Shown here piece after piece: positions 28,553-41,620 of a stretch of 64,000 nucleotides of DNA. The position numbers were made by a program, and so were the translations under genes. Each line of letters opens with the position of its first letter. Position 1 is the first letter of the stretch. The DNA is taken from positions 1,054,001 to 1,118,000 of the forward strand of contig CAXIUT010000230.1 in the NCBI GenBank assembly GCA_964035545.1, read 5' to 3'. This DNA is from Bugula neritina. Lineage: Eukaryota > Animalia > Bryozoa. The notes beneath the pieces were generated by a model that saw only the letters and a list, made by a program, of their open reading frames with translations, had not been told where the DNA came from and made no database searches.

Positions 28553-30468
28553 TATACTGTAATACACTGAAATGAAATGCAACATACTGAATTATACTGC
28601 AACATAGTGCAACATACTGAAATACACTACAACATACTGCAACATACTGAAATACACTGTGACATACTGAATTACACTGCATCATACTGCAACATACTGA
28701 GATACACTGGAACATATTGATATACACTGCAACACATTGAAATATACTGCAACACACTGAACCATATGACAACATACCAAAATTTACTGCGACACACTGA
28801 AAAATTTTGCAACATACGAAATATACTTCAAGTGGTGCAACATTCTGAAATACAATGTGACACACTGAAATACACTGCAACATACTGCAACATACTGCAA
28901 CATACTGAAATATTGTGCGACACATTGAAATATACTGCAACGTATTGAAATATACTGTAACATACTGCAACATACTAAAATACACTGCAACATACTGAAA
29001 TACATTGCAACACATTAAAATATACTGCGACATACTGAAACATACTGCAACATGCTGAAATATACTGCAACATACTGAAATACACTATAACATATTGAAA
29101 TATACTGCAACATACTGAATTACACTCTAACATACTGAAATATGCTGTAGCATACTGAAATACACTGCAACACACTGAAGTATACTGTAATACACTGAAA
29201 TGTAATGCAACATACTGAATTATACTGCAACATAGTGCAACATACTGAAATACACTGTGACACACTGAAATACACTGAAACATAATGCAACATACTGCAA
29301 CATACTGAAATACACTGTAACATATCGAAATACACTGCAACATACTGAAATATGCTGTAGCATACTGAAATACACTGCAACACACTGAAGTATACTGTAA
29401 TACACTGAAATGTGATGCAACATACTGAATTATACTGCAACATAGTGCAACATACTGAAATACACTACAACAATCTGCAACATACTGAAATACACTGGAA
29501 CATATAGAAATACACTGCGACACATTGAAACATACTGCAACATACTGAAATACACTGGGACACATTGAAATACACTGCAAAATACTGCAACATACTGCAA
29601 CATACTGAAATACATTGCAACACATTAAAATATACTGCAACATACTGAAACATACTGCAACATACTGAAATATACTGCAACACACTGAAACATACGGCAA
29701 CATACCGAAATAAACTGCGACACGTTGAAAATTACTGCAACATACTGAAATATACTGCGACGCCTTAAAATATACTGCAACATACTGAAATAGACTGCAA
29801 GTGGTGCAACATACTGAAATACACCGTAACATATCGAAATACACTGCAACATACTGCAACATACTGAAATGCACCGGAACATAATGGAATACCCTGCAAC
29901 ACATTGAAATACACTGCAACAGACTGAAACATAAGGTAACACAATGAAGTATACTGCGACACGTTAATATATACTGCAACATACTGAAATATACTGCAAC
30001 ATACTGAAATGTAATGTAATATACAGAAATGTACTGTAACATACTGAATTATACTGCAACATAGTGCAACATACTGAAATACACTACAACAAACTGCAAC
30101 ATACTGAAATACACTGGAACATATTGAAATACATTGCGACACATTGAAACATACTGCAACATACTGAAATACACTGAGACACATTGAAATATACTGTAAC
30201 ATACTGCAACATACTAAAATACACTGCAACACATTAAAATATACTGCAACATACTGAAACATACTGCAACATACTGAAATACACTGTGACACACTGAAAT
30301 ACACTGCAACATACTGCAACATACTGCAACATACTGAATTACACTGGAACATATTGATATACACTGCAACACATTGAAATATACCGCAACACACTGAACC
30401 ATATGGCAACATACCGAAATTTACTGCGACACACTGAAAAATACTGCAACATACGAATTATACTTCAA
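28553..30468. repeat. Satellite DNA, same 10-bp family, 1916-bp spacer between the two transposon copies
   Basis: Same monomers and same orientation as the flanks. It matches approx. 3060-4875 at offset 25593 (ORF pairs 3173/28766, 3382/28975, 4172/29765). Confidence 0.98.
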
Positions 30469-30488
30469 CACAGTTGGTTTAAGGTCAT
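30469..30488 (+). repeat. Terminal inverted repeat (right-end type) of transposon copy 2
   Basis: CACAGTTGGTTTAAGGTCAT is identical to the reverse complement of 28533-28552. Confidence 0.95.
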
Positions 30489-32063
30489 ACTTTTCATTTT
30501 CTGGCTCTTTGCCAGGTGCTTTATGTTCTATATGAACAATGTTCCACTGATAGCTCGAACAGGTTGAATGTCACAGGAACAAAAAAAATATGAAAAGATA
30601 AAGAAACTTATGTTCTCCAATATACTTTTTTATTTTTTTCAAAAGCCAATTCATGTTTAAGTTATAGCTTGTTGAAAAACATAGTCCCCCTTCCACATTC
30701 TTTTCAATTTATACGCTCCTGACTTGTTATTGTGTCTCAATATGCCTTGTATTTAAGTGCTTGTTAGTCTCGCTTCACTAACTTTGCCTATACTTCACAA
30801 GTGCCAGTGCTGCTGGCTCAAAAGCTAAATGTTATAAACTGTCAGCTAAAACCCAATCTTGTATTCCTAGGTTGGTTGGCCTAAATAAAACAATAGTCAA
30901 ATCATGATTTCATGTTTTAAAAATTTACTCTATTCTAACCTGCTGCCTAGCTAGTTCTATTTTTGATGTATAATTACAAAATTTGTGATACATTTTTTTG
31001 GCAACCATGTAATTTATAAAATGCAGTAATGGTACTTATAATATTATATTATTATCATTATAATATATTATATAGTATTATGTGTGTTTTTATTATCCTG
31101 CATAATATCTAATTTATTATTGTTGTTGTGCAAACAAGTGCAATTAACCTAGTTTTCAAAATGTACCTCTAAATTATCAGAATATCAGTTTAGATATTTT
31201 CATGCTTTGTAAGGTAAACCTAAAAAAAGAGGCTGTATTCCCAAAGTAAAGGGTGTTGAACTATGAACTATATTAGATTAGCCACTCTGCTACCAAGTGC
31301 ATCAGTATAATTTTATATGAATAGCTCTGATGCTTTGTCTCCGGTGGCTGGCTGCGATATGATAACCTGGCCAACTTCCAAGAGTTTAAAATTGGCGCAA
31401 TTATTCAAGAGGTTACATACTGCACAGAGCTAGCAGTGATAGTAACCTTGCTATTGGCAGTACTTATTACAACTGCCAGCATATAAGCTGCATTGTAGAA
31501 TGCCGTTGGGGCAGGCTAGTAAAACCAAATTCTGCTCTCTAATATACCTTAGACAAAATGCAGCAACATAATTTTTAGTTTCAAATTACATTTGCCACCC
31601 TTACATGAGCTGTGGGCTTCATAAAGATTCATATGATTAGAGATTTATGCTATAGGCCCTATCTGTGCTAGTGTATGATGAAAATAACACACCATTGTCA
31701 AAGTTAACTTCAAGTATGTTGTTTTCCAGAAACTCAGTAATGTCCATTTATCTCTCGCATACAAATACTTATGTAATACCATACAGTTTAAGTTTTATTT
31801 TAGAGCACATCTGCAAACTCTACAATAAGAGCTTGCTTTACCAGTCTATTTCAGACCTGTTTTTGTAGCTAGTAATGCGCAAGCTACTTATTTTTAAACT
31901 TTTGGGTTATTTGTTCAAAACCATTAGCTTTGCTAGTAACCTGATACTATTGCAACAGTTGACTGCTATCAACATGAATTGACAGCCTAATAATTATAAC
32001 CCTTTTGCGCGCGAAATATTTATGTAATGATAGTTACTCATATAGTGCGCGTTTATTAACGAT

Positions 32064-32144
32064 GGCTGCGTGGTCTAGAGGTTAGAGGCGTCAGCGAGGA
32101 GTTAGTTGGTTAAGGTTCAACCCTGTTTTGTCACAATTTTTTTT
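32064..32144 (+). ncRNA. Degenerate tRNA-derived / Pol III type-2 promoter cassette inside transposon copy 2
   Basis: GGCTGCG-TGGTCTAGAGG (A box 32071-32081), GGTTCAACCC (B box 32114-32123) and T8 at 32137-32144. About 72 nt lie between the first G and the T-run. Confidence 0.6.
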
Positions 32145-33049
32145 GTCAACTTATGCAAATCCTACGCATGTATAATAAATATGGCTATAATTGTAAAGTT
32201 TTTTTTAACTTTTGTTCAACAGTAAGACTGCGACACCTTGAAAAATACTGCAACATACGAAATATACTGCAAGTGGTGCAACATACTGAAATACAATGTG
32301 ACACACTGGAATACACTGCAACATACTGCAACATATTGAAATATTGTGCGACACAATAAAATATACTGCAACATATTGAAATATACTGTAATATACTGCA
32401 ACATACTAAAATACACTGCAACACATTAAAATATACTGCAACATACTGAAACATACTGCAACATACTGAAATACACTGTGACACACTGAAATACACTGCA
32501 ACATACTGCAACATACTGCAACATACTAAAATACACTGCAAGACATTAAAATATACTGCAACATACTGAAACATACTGCAACATACTGAAATATACTGCA
32601 ACACACTGAAACATACGGCAACATACCGAAATAAACTGCGACACGTTGAAAATTATTTCAACATACTGAAATATACTGCGACGCCTTAAAATATACAGCA
32701 ACATACTGAAATAGACTGCAAGTGGTGCAACATACTGAAATACACTGTGACACACTGAAATACACTGCAACATACTGCAACATACTGCAACATACTGAAA
32801 TATTGTGCGACACACTGAAATACACTGCAATATACTGCAACATACTGCAACATACTGAATTACACTGGAACATATTGATATACACTGCAACACATTGAAA
32901 TATACTGCAACACACTGAACCATATGGCAACATACCGAAATTTACTGCGACACACTGAAAAATACTGCAACATACGAATTATACTTCAAGCGGTGCAACA
33001 TACTGAAATACAATGTGACACACTGAAATACACTGCAACATACTGCAAC

Positions 33050-36000
33050 ATACTGCAACATACTGAAATATTGTGCGACACATTGAAATATACTGCAACG
33101 TATTGAAATATACTGTAACATACTGCAACATACTAAAATACACTGCAACATACTGAAATACATTGCAACACATTGAAATATACTGCGACATACTGAAACA
33201 TACTGCAACATGCTGAAATATACTGCAACATACTGAAATACACTATCACATATTGAAATATACTGCAACATATTGAATTACACTCTAACATACTGAAATA
33301 TGCTGTAGCATACTGAAATACACTGCAACACACTGAAGTATACGGTAATACACTGAAATGTAATGCAACATACTGAATTATACTGCAACATAGTGCAACA
33401 TACTGAAATACACTACAACATACTGCATCATACTGAAATACACTGGAACATATTGAAATACACTGCGACACATTGAAACATACTGCAACATACTGAAATA
33501 TACTGCAAGATACTGCAACATACTGAAACAGACTGTGACATACTGAAATACACTGCAACATACTGCAAGATACCGCAACCTACTGAAATACACTGTAACA
33601 TATTGAAATACACTGCATCATACTGCAACATACTGAATTACACTGGAACATATTGATATACACTGCAACACACTGAAATATACTGCAACACACTGAAACA
33701 TACGGCAATATACCAAAATATACTGCGACACCTTGAAAAATACTGCAACATACGAAATATACTGCAAGTGGTGCAACATACTGAAATACAATGTGACACA
33801 CTGGAATACACTGCAACATACTGCAACATACTGCAACATACTGAAATACACTGTAACATATTGAATTACACTGCATCATACTGCAACATACTGAAAAACA
33901 CTGGAACATATTGATATGCACTGCAACTCATTGAAATATACTGCAACACACTGCAACATACGGCAGCATACCGAAATATACTGCGACACCTTGAAAAATA
34001 CTGCAACATACTGAAATATACTGCAAGTGGTGCAACATACTGAATTACACTCTAACATACTGAAATATGCTGTAGCATACTGAAATACACTGCAACACAC
34101 TGAAGTATACTGTAATACACTGAAATGTAATGCAACATACTGAATTATACTGCAACATAGTGCAACATACTGAAATACACTGTGACACACTGAAATACAC
34201 TGAAACATAATGCAACATACTGCAACATACTGAAATACACTGTAACTTATCGAAATACACTGCAACATACTGCAACATACTGCAACATACTGAAATACAC
34301 CGTAACATATCGAAATACACTGCAACATACTGAAATGCACCGGAACATAATGGAATACCCTGCAACAGATTGAAATATACTGCGACAGACTGAAACATAA
34401 GGTAACACAATGAAGTATACTGCGAAACATTAAAATATACTGCAACATACTGAAATATACTGCAACATACTGAAATGTAATGTAATATACAGAAATGTAC
34501 TGTAACATACTGAATTACACTCTAACATACTGAAACATGCTGTAGCATACTGAAATACACTGCAACACACTGAAGTACACTGTAATACACTGAAATGTGA
34601 TGCAACATACTGAGTTATACTGCAACATAGTGCAACATACTGAAATACACTGGAACATATTGAAATACACTGCGACACATTGAAACATACTGCAACATAC
34701 TGAAATACACTGGGACACATTGAAATATACTGTAACATACTGTAACATAATAAAATACACTGCAACACATTAAAATATACTGCAACATACTGAAACATAC
34801 TGCAACATACTGAAATACACTGTGACACACTGAAATACACTGCAACATACTGAAATACATTGCAACACATTAAAATATATTGCGACATACTGAAACATAC
34901 TCCAACATGCTGAAATATACTGCAACATACTGAAATACACTATCACATATTGAAATATACTGCAACATATTGAATTACACTCTAACATACTGAAATATGC
35001 TGTAGCATACTGAAATACACTGCAACACACTGAAGTAAACTGTAATACACTGAAATGTAATGCAAAATACTGAATTATACTGCAACATAGTGCAACATAC
35101 TGAAATACACTACAACATACTGCAACATACTGAAATAGACTGGAACATATTGAAATACACTGCGACACATTGAAACATACTGCAACATACTGAAATATAC
35201 TGCAAGATACTGCAACATACTGAAACAGACTGTGACAAACTGAAATACACTGCAACATACTGCAAGATACCGCAACCTACTGAAATACACTGTAATATAT
35301 TGAAATACACTGCATCATACTGCAACATACTGAATTACACTGGAACATATCGATTTACACTGCAACACATTGAAATATATTGCAACACACTGAAACATAC
35401 GGCAATATACCAAAATATACTGCGACACCTTAAAAAATACTGCAACATACGAAATATACTGCAAGTGGTGGAACATACTGAAATACAATGTGACACACTG
35501 GAATACACTGCAACATACTGCAACATACTGCAACATACTGAAATACACTGTAACATATTGAATTACACTGCATCATACTGCAACATACTGAAAAACACTG
35601 GAACATATTGATATGCACTGCAACTCATTGAAATATACTGCAACACACTGCAACATACGGCAGCATACCGAAATATACTGCGACACCTTGAAAAATACTG
35701 CAACATACTGAAATATACTGCAAGTGGTGCAACATACTGAATTACACTCTAACATACTGAAATATGCTGTAGCATACTGAAATACACTGCAACACACTGA
35801 AGTATACTGTAATACACTGAAATGTAATGCAACATACTGAATTATACTGCAACATAGTGCAACATACTGAAATACACTGTGACACACTGAAATACACTGA
35901 AACATAATGCAACATGCTGCAACATACTGAAATACACTGTATTATATCGAAATACACTGCAACATACTGCAACATACTGCAACATACTGAAATACACCGT

Positions 36001-39000
36001 AACATATCGAAATACACTGCAACATACTGCAACATACTGAAATGCACCGGAATATAATGGAATACCCTGCAACAGATTGAAATATACTGCAACAGACTGA
36101 AACATAAGGTAACACAATGAAGTATACTGCGACACATTATAATATACTGCAACATACTGAAATATACTGCAACATACTGAAATGTAATGTATTATACAGA
36201 AATGTACTGTAACATACTGAATTACACTCTAACATACTGAAACATGCTGTAGCATACTGAAATACACTGCAACACACTGAAGTATACTGTAATACACCGA
36301 AATGTGATGCAACATACTGAATTATACTGCAACATAGTGCAACATACTGAAATACACTACAACAAACTGCAACATACTGAAATACACTGGAACATATTGA
36401 AATACACTGCGACACATTGAAACATACTGCAACATACTGAAATACACTGGGACACATTGAAATATACTGTAACATACTGCAACATACTAAAATACACTGC
36501 AACACATTAAAATATACTGCAACATACTGAAACATACTGCAACATACTGAAATACACTGTGACACACTGAAATACACTGCAACATACTGCAACATACTGC
36601 AACATACTGAATTACACTGGAACATATTGATATACACTGCAACACATTGAAATATACTGCAACACACTGAACCATATGGCAACATACCGAAATTTACTGC
36701 GACACACTGAAAAATACTGCAACATACGAATTATACTTCAAGCGGTGCAACATACTGAAATACAATGTGACACACTGAAATACACTGCAACATACTGCAA
36801 CATACTGCAACATACTGCAACATACTGAAATATTGTGCGACACATTGAAATATACTGCAACGTATTGAAATATACTGTAACATACTGCAACATACTAAAA
36901 TACACTGCAACATACTGAAATACATTGCAACACATTAAAATATACTGCGACATACTGAAACATACTGCAACATGCTGAAATATACTGCAACATACTGAAA
37001 TACACTTTCACATATTGAAATATACTGCAACATACTGAATTACACTCTAACATACTGAAATATGCTGTAGCATACTGAAATACACTGCAACACACTGAAG
37101 TATACGGTAATACACTGAAATGTAATGCAACATACCGAATTATACTGCAACATAGTGCAACATACTGAAATACACTACAACATACTGCATCATACTGAAA
37201 TACACTGGAACATATTGAAATACACTGCGACACATTGAAACATACTGCAACATACTGAAATATACTGCAAGATACTGCAACATACTGAAACAGACTGTGA
37301 CATACTGAAATACACTGCAACATACTGCAAGATACCGCAACCTACTGAAATACACTGTAACATATTGAAATACACTGCATCATACTGCAACATACTGAAT
37401 TACACTGGAACATATTGATATACACTGCAACACACTGAAATATACTGCAACACACTGAAACATACGGCAATATACCAAAATATACTGCGACACCTTGAAA
37501 AATACTGCAACATACGAAATATACTGCAAGTGGTGCTACATACTGAAATACAATGTGACACACTGGAATACACTGCAACATACTGCAACATACTGCAACA
37601 TACTGAAATACACTGTAACATATTGAATTACACTGCATCATACTGCAACATACTGAAAAACACTGGAACATATTGATATGCACTGCAACTCATTGAAATA
37701 TACTGCAACACACTGCAACATACGGCAGCATACCGAAATATACTGCGACACCTTGAAAAATACTGCAACATACTGAAATATACTGCAAGTGGTGCAACAT
37801 ACTGAATTACACTCTAACATACTGAAATATGCTGTAGCATACTGAAATACACTGCAACACACTGAAGTATACTGTAATACACTGAAATGTAATGCAACAT
37901 ACTGAATTATACTGCAACATAGTGCAACATACTGAAATACACTGTGACACACTGAAATACACTGAAACATAATGCAACATACTGCAACATACTGAAATAC
38001 ACTGTAACTTATCGAAATACACTGCAACATACTGCAACATACTGCAACATACTGAAATACACCGTAACATATCGAAATACACTGCAACATACTGAAATGC
38101 ACCGGAACATAATGGAATACCCTGCAACAGATTGAAATATACTGCGACAGACTGAAACATAAGGTAACACAATGAAGTATACTGCGAAACATTAAAATAT
38201 ACTGCAACATACTGAAATATACTGCAACATACTGAAATGTAATGTAATATACAGAAATGTACTGTAACATACTGAATTACACTCTAACATACTGAAACAT
38301 GCTGTAGCATACTGAAATACACTGCAACACACTGAAGTATACTGTAATACACTGAAATGTGATGCAACATACTGAGTTATACTGCAACATAGTGCAACAT
38401 ACTGAAATACACTGGAACATATTGAAATACACTGCGACACATTGAAACATACTGCAACATACTGAAATACACTGGGACACATTGAAATATACTGTAACAT
38501 ACTGTAACATAATAAAATACACTGCAACACATTAAAATATACTGCAACATACTGAAACATACTGCAACATACTGAAATACACTGTGACACACTGAAATAC
38601 ACTGCAACATACTGAAATACATTGCAACACATTAAAATATATTGCGACATACTGAAACATACTCCAACATGCTGAAATATACTGCAACATACTGAAATAC
38701 ACTATCACATATTGAAATATACTGCAACATATTGAATTACACTCTAACATACTGAAATATGCTGTAGCATACTGAAATACACTGCAACACACTGAAGTAA
38801 ACTGTAATACACTGAAATGTAATGCAAAATACTGAATTATACTGCAACATAGTGCAACATACTGAAATACACTACAACATACTGCAACATACTGAAATAG
38901 ACTGGAACATATTGAAATACACTGCGACACATTGAAACATACTGCAACATACTGAAATATACTGCAAGATACTGCAACATACTGAAACAGACTGTGACAA

Positions 39001-41620
39001 ACTGAAATACACTGCAACATACTGCAAGATACCGCAACCTACTGAAATACACTGTAATATATTGAAATACACTGCATCATACTGCAACATACTGAATTAC
39101 ACTGGAACATATCGATTTACACTGCAACACATTGAAATATATTGCAACACACTGAAACATACGGCAATATACCAAAATATACTGCGACACCTTAAAAAAT
39201 ACTGCAACATACGAAATATACTGCAAGTGGTGGAACATACTGAAATACAATGTGACACACTGGAATACACTGCAACATACTGCAACATACTGCAACATAC
39301 TGAAATACACTGTAACATATTGAATTACACTGCATCATACTGCAACATACTGAAAAACACTGGAACATATTGATATGCACTGCAACTCATTGAAATATAC
39401 TGCAACACACTGCAACATACGGCAGCATACCGAAATATACTGCGACACCTTGAAAAATACTGCAACATACTGAAATATACTGCAAGTGGTGCAACATACT
39501 GAATTACACTCTAACATACTGAAATATGCTGTAGCATACTGAAATACACTGCAACACACTGAAGTATACTGTAATACACTGAAATGTAATGCAACATACT
39601 GAATTATACTGCAACATAGTGCAACATACTGAAATACACTGTGACACACTGAAATACACTGAAACATAATGCAACATGCTGCAACATACTGAAATACACT
39701 GTATTATATCGAAATACACTGCAACATACTGCAACATACTGCAACATACTGAAATACACCGTAACATATCGAAATACACTGCAACATACTGCAACATACT
39801 GAAATGCACCGGAATATAATGGAATACCCTGCAACAGATTGAAATATACTGCAACAGACTGAAACATAAGGTAACACAATGAAGTATACTGCGACACATT
39901 ATAATATACTGCAACATACTGAAATATACTGCAACATACTGAAATGTAATGTATTATACAGAAATGTACTGTAACATACTGAATTACACTCTAACATACT
40001 GAAACATGCTGTAGCATACTGAAATACACTGCAACACACTGAAGTATACTGTAATACACCGAAATGTGATGCAACATACTGAATTATACTGCAACATAGT
40101 GCAACATACTGAAATACACTACAACAAACTGCAACATACTGAAATACACTGGAACATATTGAAATACACTGCGACACATTGAAACATACTGCAACATACT
40201 GAAATACACTGGGACACATTGAAATATACTGTAACATACTGCAACATACTAAAATACACTGCAACACATTAAAATATACTGCAACATACTGAAACATACT
40301 GCAACATACTGAAATACACTGTGACACACTGAAATACACTGCAACATACTGCAACATACTGCAACATACTGAATTACACTGGAACATATTGATATACACT
40401 GCAACACATTGAAATATACTGCAACACACTGAACCATATGGCAACATACCGAAATTTACTGCGACACACTGAAAAATACTGCAACATACGAATTATACTT
40501 CAAGCGGTGCAACATACTGAAATACAATGTGACACACTGAAATACACTGCAACATACTGCAACATACTGCAACATACTGCAACATACTGAAATATTGTGC
40601 GACACATTGAAATATACTGCAACGTATTGAAATATACTGTAACATACTGCAACATACTAAAATACACTGCAACATACTGAAATACATTGCAACACATTAA
40701 AATATACTGCGACATACTGAAACATACTGCAACATGCTGAAATATACTGCAACATACTGAAATACACTTTCACATATTGAAATATACTGCAACATACTGA
40801 ATTACACTCTAACATACTGAAATATGCTGTAGCATACTGAAATACACTGCAACACACTGAAGTATACGGTAATACACTGAAATGTAATGCAACATACCGA
40901 ATTATACTGCAACATAGTGCAACATACTGAAATACACTACAACATACTGCATCATACTGAAATACACTGGAACATATTGAAATACACTGCGACACATTGA
41001 AACATACTGCAACATACTGAAATATACTGCAAGATACTGCAACATACTGAAACAGACTGTGACATACTGAAATACACTGCAACATACTGCAAGATACCGC
41101 AACCTACTGAAATACACTGTAACATATTGAAATACACTGCATCATACTGCAACATACTGAATTACACTGGAACATATTGATATACACTGCAACACACTGA
41201 AATATACTGCAACACACTGAAACATACGGCAATATACCAAAATATACTGCGACACCTTGAAAAATACTGCAACATACGAAATATACTGCAAGTGGTGCTA
41301 CATACTGAAATACAATGTGACACACTGGAATACACTGCAACATACTGCAACATACTGCAACATACTGAAATACACTGTAACATATTGAATTACACTGCAT
41401 CATACTGCAACATACTGAAAAACACTGGAACATATTGATATGCACTGCAACTCATTGAAATATACTGCAACACACTGCAACATACGGCAGCATACCGAAA
41501 TATACTGCGACACCTTGAAAAATACTGCAACATACTGAAATATACTGCAAGTGGTGCAACATACTGAATTACACTCTAACATACTGAAATATGCTGTAGC
41601 ATACTGAAATACACTGCAAC
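33050..41620. repeat. Tandem higher-order repeat, period 3762 bp, about 2.3 copies, nearly identical
   Basis: ORF series 33133/36895/40657, 33876/37638/41400, 34430/38192, 35300/39062, 36137/39899. Shared private variants include tgcgaaacatt, tgagttatac and cactttcac. Confidence 0.9.

Larger units (their letters stand above)
30469..32228 (-). mobile_element. Second, inverted and truncated copy of the same DNA transposon (1760 bp; right end intact, left ~813 bp missing)
   Basis: Starts CACAGTTGGTTTAAGGTCATACTTTTC, the reverse complement of the copy 1 right end. It is colinear with the reverse complement of 26789-28552 and ends at ...caacagtaagac before satellite resumes. No second TIR or TSD is present. 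Confidence 0.95.

Noticed and set aside
25974-28554. Tc1/mariner assignment based on the TA duplication
   Set aside because: The second copy's intact end abuts AA, not TA, and the termini are CAC...GTG. TA is probably incidental, though two sites cannot fully exclude it.
28553-30468. Single composite or fold-back element capturing satellite between inverted arms
   Set aside because: Copy 1 has both of its own TIRs and a TSD, and the TIRs bordering the spacer point inward. Two separate insertions explain the structure better.
31665-31868. 67-aa ORF inside transposon copy 2 as a possible transposase fragment
   Set aside because: It is short, starts at GTG, has no recognisable DDE or zinc-finger motif, and has no matching ORF listed in copy 1.
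32064-32135. Functional tRNA gene
   Set aside because: Acceptor, anticodon and T stems do not pair properly and no anticodon can be assigned. It is kept only as a tRNA-derived cassette.
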